Part shown: positions 34,997-44,896 of the stretch, in pieces
Layout of the letters: every line of letters starts with the position of its first letter
Position numbering within the stretch: position 1 is the stretch's first letter
Assembly: GCA_009602725.1 (NCBI GenBank)
Contig: WELB01000024.1
Location: 636,342-681,237 of the forward strand
Length of the DNA stretch: 44,896 nt
Direction of reading: 5' to 3'
Source of the DNA: Spirogloea muscicola
Taxonomy: Eukaryota
Translations under genes and position numbers: made by a program
The notes under the pieces: model-generated
The model's database searches: none
Seen by the model: the letters and a program-made list of their open reading frames with translations, nothing else
What the model was told of the DNA's origin: nothing

Positions 34997-37384
34997 GCGG
35001 TTGCAGCGACGGCGGCGGCCGCCCCGCGCCGCCTTCCTCCCGCCACCGCCGCTTCCTGCGACCTCTTCAGCGGCCGCTGGGTGCGCCTCCCGGCGGGCCG
35101 CCGCCGCCAGTACCGGCCGCGTTACAGCGCCGCGTCGTGCCCCCACATGCTGCCCGTTGTCGATTGTGGCACCGCCGGTCGCTCCGACACGTCCTTCCAG
35201 GTGCTCCTCCCGCGCCTCTAGCCGGAGCCGCTCGCCATGGCGCTCAGCCACAAGCTCTCCGGTGCTCAGCCGCTGCATAGGACCGCCAGGGCCGCCTTTG
35301 TGGCATGGCTTTTGCCTATCACTTGGCGCCAGCACCGTCGCCGCCAGCGCCTGCGCGACGATCTGCTCTCAGAGCGGGATAGGACCCCACCTTCGGGGAA
35401 GCTGTAGGGCCTGACGCGGCAGAAGACGGGGGACTTCCACCTACGTGCATGCGCGTGTGCTCTCGCTCAGCAATGGAGCTGGCAGCCTTACGGCTGCAAC
35501 ATCACCAGCTTCAACGCGCACGCCTTCCTGACGCTGCTCAAGAACAAGAAGCTGGCCGTCGTCGGCGACTCGCTCGGCAGGTGCTGAGGCAGCTGCTGCT
35601 GACTCCGCAATGTCGCCATGAGGTGCCGCATCGGGCGCCCTGGAGCAGTCCTTTGCTCAGCACGTCAAGAGCTTTGTGAGGGATTGACTTGGAGAAGTGC
35701 CGCTTGCAGGTGGAACTTCTTCACGTCGCTTCTCTGCCTCGTCTCCAACGTCGCGACGCCCGTCAAGACCACAACCAAACCTCTGGTGTCAGGGTGAGCC
35801 TTCGCAAGTGTTGCCCGAAGCACCAGCAGTAGTGACGCTCGGGAAGAGGGGGTTACTGGGTCGCAGCTATGCTTGAAGGATGTTGGTTTCACAAACTCCT
35901 TGACTATCAGAGGGAGCTCCTTGATCTTAGCAGCGGGAAGAAGTCTAGACGTCATGCATTGCTCGTATTTGTGGAAGATTGTATGTCGCAGGTGGTGACC
36001 TTTTTGAGGTCAAGGGCAGCAGTCCAGCAGCAGCAGCTCAAGTTTGAGCTGCTTGCAGCTGCCGCATCATCATGGCCACAACACTCAAGCAGTGCTCTGT
36101 CCCTTGCGAAGGCGGCAGGGCGATGACTACCTCATCCCCAAGTACAATGTGCGTTTGATTGCCATCCAAGACGCGTTCCTGGTGGCCTCCAAGAACGACA
36201 ACAAGAGCCTGTTGTCATATGACCCGCATGCCATGTGAGTTGGACAAGTTTGCAGGATATGCATTCTCAGCAATGAGGCTCACTCCTGTGTTCGGCCATC
36301 GTTGAGCTAGAGGCAACGTTCTGGCCGTTCCTTGGCAGTGCGGCACGTCTTTGCTCAAGCAGATTGCTGAAAGCCAAGTCGTCCGCCACGCTTGCCATGC
36401 ATCGTGCTGCTTCTGCAGCCCAGGCATCAATGACGCGATTGTGAACCCATACCGGTTTCCGAATCCCGCCTGGGCGAGCCTCCTCGACCAGCTCGATGTT
36501 GTGGTGATGAACACTGCTGCGCACTGGGGCAAGAACGCCTCGTATGCGCGGCGGTACTACGTGGACAGAAACTGGGCCCTGCTTCCAGACCAAGACCAGT
36601 ATGCGGCCTACTTGTGAGGCCATTCGCACCTCTTGCCTTTGTCAGGACGGCAATCAGCACACATCCAGGAAATGCTGTGCGCATGTGCGCGCCACACATT
36701 GTCGTGAAAAGAAGCGCAACACCATGCTCACCTGAGCCCATTGCTGGGACCAAATCACTGGTGCAGGGCTGCCATGCAATCCATGAGGCTGTTCTTCAAC
36801 GCAAGGCAGCTGCAGTCCAAGGGCCCTGTGCCCATCTTCCTATCTGTCTCCCCCCAGCACGGCAGCTGGAAAGTTGGCAGTAGCACTAGTCCGGTCTGCA
36901 ACGCCACAGGCCCCCTTACTACCGCCATGGTACACTGAGCTCAACATCACTCCGTCCCAAATGTCAACAGAATATAAAGATCTGTTATAAACGCTCTCAT
37001 TCTTAACCTCCACAAGCAGCGAAGTCATCTTGGAAAGACACTGCTGTACGAGACTCGAATTTACTGCTGAGTATGTGCAAGCTGGCTCGATGCGAGTGTG
37101 GTGCATGATGGCAGGCGATGCAGCTACGCAAGCAGGTCAAGGACTATCAACTCACGCTGCCGCTCGAGCGACTGGCACTCAAGGGCTCCGCTGTGGAGCT
37201 CCTTGAAATCAGCACACTGAGCATCTATCGGCCGGATGCGCACGTTGGACCATGGTATGCGGTGGGCGGCCATCCGACAACACCATACCAGGACTGCCTG
37301 CATTGGTGCAACCCTGGAGTGCCGGACATCTGGTCGGACCTGCTCTATGCCATGCTCCTCAGGGAGCCGAGCTTGCGGCGTTGA
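34997..37384 (+). CDS. TRICHOME BIREFRINGENCE-LIKE (PMR5N + PC-esterase) polysaccharide O-acetyltransferase; 5' end uncertain at N 34996
   Basis: Exons about 34997-35200, 35471-35580, 35710-35793, 36112-36234, 36419-36613, 36767-36929 and 37115-37384. Motifs: CDLFSGRWV, WSWQPYGC, VVGDSLGR (GDS), DVVVMNTAAHW, RPDAH, DCLHWCNPGVPDIWSDLLY (DxxH). Confidence 0.93.
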
Positions 37385-38170
37385 GGTGGCCCAGAGCTTG
37401 CCTGTCATGCCCTTGTGCTTGTTGCAGGCCTCTTTGAGAGTTGTGGCAGTGCATTGGTTGCAATTATCATGCTGCCGCTTTTTCCTCCATTGCAAACAGG
37501 CCTGCAGGCTATGGCTGTCCAGCACACAGTTGTCGGCACCTCAGAGGTGCTAGTGCTTGCTCGCAAGGGCCTACTCTGAAGATACTGTGTAAAGAGTTTA
37601 GACCTTTTTGCACCCTCTGCCCATGCATCCCGAGGCTGGATGTGACGTGGCCCTACTAATACATTTGCAAGCACTTGTACAATTTCGTAGTTGACAGCCA
37701 TTAGGTCGCTGCCTTTGCGGTATTCCTTCATTTTTTTGGGCACCATCATGAGCTGCAGGCTGTGCAGCTCAACTGCTGTGGCCCGCCTCATGTTGCATGA
37801 GAGCCCATTCTTTACTGAGAAACTGATGGGGATTTTAGTCGAGCCGAACTTGTCTTAGTAGCTGTGAAGTAGTGCTTGAGAAGGCTCTGTAAGGCCGCTG
37901 TGATAACGGCTACCGCAGATTTTGTTGTCAATCATTGCTACTTTCCTCTGAAATGTATAGCTGAGAATAGTGACACAAGTCACCAATTTGGATCATCATT
38001 GACAAGTGCAGCAAAGGCCTGGTACACTGGAGAAATTGGGTTGCAGAAAATCTCCACACGCCATGAAACTAAGGAGAGGACATGCACATAACAAGATTAA
38101 AACCAACAATTGGGCCAGAGCTTATGGAGTGGGTGCAGAATATGGAAGTGCACCATTGCTTCGCGAAACG

Positions 38171-40796
38171 TTATAAGTCTATGTGAGGGGGAGCCAATAC
38201 CAGAGCTATGGTTACCAACGTGCTTGCTATTAGCAACCAGCCATTGCATGGCTGGTTGCTCAGCGCGCTAGAGGAAGGATTGAGCATAGCTTCATCGAGC
38301 GCAATCGTGAAATTGCACCCCATATGCGACGGGTCGACGTCTACAATATGCCCTGTTCCATTGAACTCGCAGGCCGTGTCCTTCTGGCCGAGTGCCTGGT
38401 AGTAGGAGTTATAGCCGTAGCTGGCGTGTGCAGCGAGGGAGTTCGGCAAGTAGCAACTGCCGCCCTCCAGCGTGGGGGTGCAGTCACCCGCCACTGTGTT
38501 GCTGCAGATAAAGCTAAGGCTGTTGTCTACCGTGTTGGTGCTGCCATTGGAGGCGTCTGCGATGCACCAGCGGCGTGCAAGATATAGGACGCCCTTGGCG
38601 CTCACCATGGTGGCATTGGGATTGCCAGTCCCTGCCAGGTCGAGCGAGTACTTGGCAGTGCCGTCGTAATTGAATATGCCCCAATGGCGCTCAAAGGGCC
38701 CTGGCGCCACCGACTTTGCGTTCTCGTCGATGATGGAAAAGAGGTAGCCGTTGATCACCTGCCCAGGCAGCGCGGGCGTGCCGGCGCCCGAGAGGAAGTG
38801 CTGGATGGCGCCCTGATTGAACTCCTGGGCGCTGGCCATGTTCGCGTGCGCCTCTCCATCAGTCGGCCACCCGAACTCGCCGACTATGACCTCCACCTGG
38901 AGCATGGATAGAACAATCGCATGACGTGCAACAAACAAATTGTATGCAAAGGCAGCGCATATCTCAGCAGCTTACAATGGTAATCATACTCAGCTTAGAG
39001 ATGGACCTCCACTGAATAAAGTCACTGAAACTTGTTCCTCCAGACATGCTCAAGCATCAACTGCCAGGGAGGCTGCACCACAGCGTACTGAATACAAGGG
39101 GGCTGAACCACGGCATGTGAGCGAGGAGAGGTGGTGCAAAGCGGAAAGGATGACTCACATCGGTGACTCCGACCTTGGCCATCGCAGCCAGCGTGGCATC
39201 ATATGTGGCATCAAACACGTTGCCATAGGTCAGGCCTGTCCCAGGATCCACAAAGCTGCCGGTGCCATTCCTCCCGAAGAAGATGAAGTTGGGATCGGTT
39301 GTCGAGTTGGAATTCAAGGTAAGAACAAGGTACGGGTAGATGTTGATGACAAATGGCGCCTTTGTTTGGCTCATGAACGTCACGACCTGCTGCATGATGG
39401 GTGCAACATCGGACCGGAAGATGCCCACTGACGGTGGGTAGGACTCGCCGAGCACGTCCGCGTTAAGTGGCGTCGTCACTTTCACTGAGCCGTCTAGCTT
39501 GCGCTTTCGTAGCGCGGAATAGATGTTGAGCATCGCTGGATACAGGATATTGAGAAACTGCATGGCGTAGTCGGACAGGAACACCTCATTGCCCACCGCC
39601 ACATACCTGCCCAAAGCCGTTGCTTATCAGCATGTGATGCGAGTCTAGCTCCAGTCCACAAGCCGAGCAGCGACAGACATGTAACATTTGTTATCGTTAT
39701 CTTCAGGTGTGCACTTTGATGTATTGCACGGTGCATTTGGTCGTGTCAGGAAGTCTACTTTATGGAGACGCCGCCCGGGAAGATGTAGCGCATGACATTG
39801 TGGTCCACCCAGTCCTGGGCGGCCTGCTGGTTGGTCGCCATGGTCGCCAGCTCCTCGTTTCGCACCGTCACCATCACCTGCACCCAACTAGCTCGGCAAA
39901 AAGCTCAGGCTTCTGAAGGTGGAGCTCACAGACACCCAGAGATGCACTGCTGTCCTCCTTGCCAACAGCACCTCAGCATTTGCATTGCGATACTCTGAGC
40001 AACCCAGCCAGGTGACTCACCTCAATGTTGTACCCGGCCATTGCCCGCAGTGTCGCCTCGTCGGCGTCAAACAGCTTCACCTTCTTTATGTTGTTGTCCT
40101 GCAGCCACACCATCCCCGCCCCAGGCAAAAGGCAGCACAAGTGGGCCTCAGCGTCTATGACCACATGGCCGCAGCGGGCTTCCTTGCAGAGTCAGCAGCC
40201 ACTTCTCACTTCCCCTCAGCTCGCAGCCATGGGGGACATCTCCTGCCCTCTTAAACGTGCTGTACATGACCGACTTCCTACTGCTGACATGGGGTTTCTG
40301 AGAGGGCCCTGTTGCTTAGACTGACGGCTCTGCATTATGAGATTCACTCTGAATGCCCTCTGTATGCACTCGGCTGGCTTTCCCAGCCGCCCTTGATTGT
40401 CAGCAGCCGCGTTCTCCTTCTCACAGAAAGGAAGGCTGCTGTGTGGTGCCAAACAGGTTCGTGGCAACAACGACGCCAACAGCAAGGTGGTGCTACTGGC
40501 TAACGCTAAGGGCATTGCCAGCAGCAAAGGGAGGAGGGGAGAGGAAGCGGCCTTCATACCACGAGCATCTGAACAACCATCTTGGGCGGCAGAGGCTGGT
40601 TGGACACGCGGCCCCAGTTGACGCCAATGGACGCCCCCTTGGCCTGGCCGGCCACGCCGGCCACACAGCACAGAAGCGCTGCCAAGGCGACCAGCGCCCG
40701 CTGGGACACCAGGTATTGCCCCGGCCTGGGCCCACCGGCAGCCTTTGCACGGCCGCTGCAACGGCTGCCTCTGCAGGACAGTGACTGTCCGTCCAT
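38171..40796 (-). CDS. Glucan endo-1,3-beta-glucosidase (GH17) with X8/CBM43 domain and probable GPI-anchor signal
   Basis: Exons 40560-40796 (start uncertain), 40021-40098, 39759-39877, 39159-39606 and 38171-38896 give about 535 aa. It has a signal-peptide-like segment, IGVNWGR, KKVKLFDAD, YVAVGNE (acid/base), GEFGWPTDG (nucleophile) and FERHWGIF. X8 domain: WCIA...DCTP...GGSC...HASY.YNSYYQ...CEFNG. The C-terminus is hydrophobic. Confidence 0.96.
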
Positions 40797-42918
40797 GGAG
40801 GTGACGGGCTGCGCTGCAGCCGTGGGCTGACTCCCTGGAGGACACGGCCGAGGCGCCTGCATGCCTGCCACGCTCCAAGAGGCGCCGAGCATCCAAGATG
40901 GCCCAACCCCAATGGAAGGCCTCACTAAGACCTGTCCTGCACCTCCCGCGGATTCCCCGCCACACTGGCTCCTGCCCTGGCCTTAGCAGCCTTGCGCTGG
41001 GAGGAGGGGGGGGGGNNNNNNNNNNNNNNNNNNNNNNNNNNNNNNNNNNNNNNNNNNNNNNNNNNNNNNNNNNNNNNNNNNNNNNNNNNNNNNNNNNNNN
41101 NNNNNNNNNNNNNNNNNNNNNNNNNNNNNNNNNNNNNNNNNNNNNNNNNNNNNNNNNNNNNNNNNNNNNNNNNNNNNNNNNNNNNNNNNNNNNNNNNNNN
41201 NNNNNNNNNNNNNNNNNNNNNNNNNNNNNNNNNNNNNNNNNNNNNNNNNNNNNNNNNNNNNNNNNNNNNNNNNNNNNNNNNNNNNNNNNNNNNNNNNNNN
41301 NNNNNNNNNNNNNNNNNNNNNNNNNNNNNNNNNNNNNNNNNNNNNNNNNNNNNNNNNNNNNNNNNNNNNNNNNNNNNNNNNNNNNNNNNNNNNNNNNNNN
41401 NNNNNNNNNNNNNNNNNNNNNNNNNNNNNNNNNNNNNNNNNNNNNNNNNNNNNNNNNNNNNNNNNNNNNNNNNNNNNNNGGCGCAGCGCAGCGCTGCCCG
41501 GCCGCCGCCTCCACCGCCGCCGCCGCCGGGTGCGGAGAAAGCCGCGGGGCTGTCGCGCCCGCGAGGACCTGTGCCCGGCGCAGGGCGAGGCGGCGAGCGA
41601 GCGACGCGGAGGAGGAGGAGGAGGAGGAAAGCGCGGAGGAGGTATGGTAGGGGGCGCGCGGTCGCCGCCTTCCTCTCACTTCCTCGGCGCACCACCTGCC
41701 CCGGACGCGGCGTTTGAACGGGGCGGGGGCAAGGTCAACCCCCAACGGGCCCCTTCCCTCCACTTTCCCGCGCCCACCCTTGGTGGCTCCTCCAAGACGA
41801 GACCAGTGAAAGTGACAGAAAGGCGCGCGCGGTGCGCATGGACTGAAAGAGTGGCCCATACAAGCCAATCCATGTATCAGGCAAGAAGGAAGAACCAGCT
41901 CCTCGATGTAAGGCAATGGCTGTGAGAGGCCAGCCCTGTAAGCAGCACAAGGACCGAAACTATGCTCCGTGACTTCTGCGAGTGGGCGCTCAATAAGTCA
42001 GGCCGTGCTAGCTGCAGCCTCGGGCTTTTGTCAGGGGATTGCTTCGCCCTCTACGTGGTCACCACAGATGTGGTTGACCGCTCCATTTCGAAGCTCTCTA
42101 CCTCGGAGGCTGGGCATGTAGCTGCGAACCCCGCTTGTGACAAAGAGGCTCCCCCCCCCACATTATGCATTGATTCTTCTTTGCCTGGTGAGTGTTCTGG
42201 CTTGGCTTTGCTTCCTCTCACTTCATGCACATCATGCGCCTACATAATGAGAGTCACTTCTATGCTGTCATTGAAGCTTGACTGCTCTAGGTGCAATCTA
42301 ATGGAGAAAAGCTCCAACACAGATGCCACAATTCACTTCATTGTGTAATACTTCTGTGCCTCTGCCCTTTCAAATCCTACGAACAGGTATCTCCATGTCC
42401 ACGCGTGTGAATAGTACACTTCTCTGATTTTTTCTTCGCCTTGCATGCACCGCCATCATCGAATCATCAAGAAACTACTGTGTAGGCAGGTGCGTGACAT
42501 GCGTGGTGCAGGCAATGCACATGCAAGTTCTGCTACCTCGATTGTCTGCACGAATCTGTGAATAGTACCTTGGTTGAGGTACTGAAGATGGTCTATGCAG
42601 AGTACCACTGAGTCACAACTGACTGCTCATTCATGGACATTTATGTGTGATGCAAGTCTTTCATTCCTCCAAGGAGACAATCAGGGGCTTGCTCATTGAC
42701 TTGAATCATGCTACTCCAATGCAGGCTGTGGGGGCCAGCACCACTTGCATCTACTGCACCAGATGCTATAGAGTGTGTTTGCCGGCTTTTTTGTACTGCG
42801 GCTGACCTGAGAACTGCCTCATTCCATGTTCTACTGATGGGCTGTGGCAGTTTGCAGGTCAGGCAGTGAATGTGGTCGCCTGCCGTTGCGGCCTCTTCTT
42901 GCATTCATGCCTGGCAAC

Positions 42919-44773
42919 CTAGAGTTGCTGGCTCAGTCTTTGCTTCTTTTCCTCAGCAAGTAGCTCCCTCACATTTTCGATGCCATTCTGCAGGAGAGTA
43001 CAAGTACACCGAGAGATATGTAAGTCTTGTGTGTGTGCTCAAGCTGTTGCAACGGAGCCAATGTCTAGGCTTAAAAGTTGGCCAGACACCTTGTGCAGTA
43101 ACTGAGATGCTCATTCTCCAGCTCATCTCATGTAGCATGCTGATGTAAGGAGTGAGCAAGGCTGGGTGGCTGCAAAGCTAGCTGCACTCACTTGGGCATA
43201 GTGATTGTGGGTGTCGAAGATGAGAGCCCTTCCATATGCATGCTCGGCACGCTCCAGCTTGTCCACGACTGTGCAGCTCGGCATGCCTCGTGCCTTGTTC
43301 TCCTGAGCCCATCTCAAGTAGGCTCCCCCTGCCCTGATGTAGCCCTTGGTGTAGCAGGGATTCATTGACACTGCTGTCTCGGCATCCTGAAAAGATGGAG
43401 CGAAGGGTGAAGAGCTAATGAGGTGTCAGATGGGGGCAACAATGGCTTGGCCGAGCTTGCATCTACCCAGTCCAGGCTAACTAGTGCTTTATGAAACTCT
43501 CCACTACCTCTGACAGGGGACACTGCCTTACCTTGGCGGCCTGCGCATGCCAGGCCAACTTCAGCGCTGCAGCCGCGCGATTGCCAAAGTAGCTAGCCTT
43601 GCGACAATTCTTCACGGCCTCCGAGTAGCAGATGTATGCTCCCCTGCAAGCAGATCAAAGGCAGGTATACTCCAGTGAGGTTGTATTCAACTGCTCTCCG
43701 CGCGCGACTTCATGCCTCATCTAGCGCCAACAAGCGAGCCTCGGCATCAATGCACCAGCTCCCGCAGGTCGAGACTGACCTGTAGTCACCCCTGCTGTAG
43801 CGGTCCACTCCTTCCTCGTTGGCATCTGCTGCCCTGCTCTCCCGCACCTCTTGCCGGTGAACGTGCTGGGACCCATGGCCAGCAGTCGAGACAAGCTGCC
43901 GAGGACCCGCCTGCGCCTGCTTCTCGGACCAGGGCAGGACGTGGCCGTCAATGTACACGTGGGAGTCGGGGCTCTTGGAGGAGGAGCCCCTGGAGCCGAG
44001 GCTGGCAAAGTCCGCCACTTGCGCTGGCAGCGGCGACAGGCATGGGGACGAGGCCTTGGAGGAGGAGGCGCTGGAGGTGGACGGGGAGTCCGAGTAGGAG
44101 GAGGACATCTGGGGGTAGCGGGGGGACGGCCCCGAGGAGGACGAGTAGCCGGGCGAGTGGGGGATGTGGATGGACGGCGGGTGCAGCCTCGAGCCCCTCG
44201 GCGTGCTGGCGTAGTCCGCCGTGGACGACGAGGTCCAGGTGGGGAAGCGTCGCGCGCCCGGCCTGTCGAGCTGCTCGTCCAGCTCCTCCACGCTTCCGGA
44301 CCTCCGCATGGCGCTGTCGAAATCGAAGCGCGACCGGAGGCTGCTCGTGTAGACGTCCACCTCGCCGCTGGGAACGGTGCTCAGCGAGGCCGGGTACGTG
44401 GAGAAGGGGTGCGGCCTGCGGTACTGCCCGTGGCTGGACTGCTGGCCCCGGAGCGTCGTGGGGCAGCTCGTGGAGCGGTGGTGGCGGGAGGATGAGGACG
44501 AGGGCGAGGGCGATGACGAGTCGGCGACGGGGCTCAGCGGCGGCCGCTGGCCGCTGCCGCCGCGCGGGCTGGTCCTGCGCTGCGCCGTGGGCGGCGCGGG
44601 CCCGCCGGCCGCGTACGCGTCGCCAGTGCCGTGGAAGGTGCCCAGCGAGAGCTCGGCGAGCCGGCCCTCATAGTGCGTGGCGAGCCGGTCGCCGAGGGGC
44701 TCTGCGAAGCCGGCGTCGGCCTCGACGGCGGCGGCCCAGGCGAGGTCGTCGGGGCGGTGCGGCCGCGCGCCGG
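42919..44773 (-). CDS. TPR-repeat protein with a long Ser/Pro-rich disordered N-terminal region; 5' end truncated
   Basis: The frame is open from about 44771 to a donor at 43780, then exons 43532-43643, 43192-43386 and 42919-42987. TPR helices: AADANEEGVDRYSRGDYRGAYICYSEAV, SYFGNRAAAALKL...AAKDAETAVSMNPCYTKGYIRAG, AEHAYGRALIFDTHNHYAQNGIENVRELL. Confidence 0.85.

Positions 44774-44896
<123 letters not shown>

Overview
Eukaryotic, intron-rich nuclear DNA, GC-rich at gene 5' ends. It is probably from a green plant, most likely a streptophyte alga (inferred from plant-type gene families, short introns and high gene density). The ORF track is mostly misleading because the genes are spliced, so I rebuilt exon chains by hand from GT/GC-AG sites and phase checks. 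Eleven protein-coding loci are supported: (1) the 3' part of a GT47 exostosin glycosyltransferase (+); (2) 20S proteasome beta-3 PBC1 (-, 204 aa); (3) a ClpF-like UVR+YccV plastid protein (+); (4) a GT106/O-fucosyltransferase-family protein (+); (5) a ~2800-aa TNO1/At4g31570-like tail-anchored coiled-coil tether with tandemly duplicated exons (-); (6) a short-exon DnaJ-like zinc-finger gene that the ORF track does not resolve (+); (7) an NTF2/SnoaL-like gene with an in-frame TAA (+); (8) a rhodanese-DSP-FHA phosphatase (-); (9) a TBL O-acetyltransferase (+); (10) a GH17+X8 beta-1,3-glucanase (-); (11) a TPR protein (-, 5' end missing). Assembly gaps lie at 25820-26402 and 41016-41479, single Ns at 9257 and 34996, and a terminal poly(A) run at 44774-44896. 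I found no rRNA, tRNA, CRISPR or intact transposon. The most notable items are the rhodanese-DSP-NIPP1-type-FHA fusion, the ~146-codon phase-0 exon repeats in the tether, the interrupted NTF2-like gene, the hidden zinc-finger gene, and a hairpin-rich element flanked by 9-bp direct repeats in a divergent promoter. All family assignments come from recalled motifs, not database searches.
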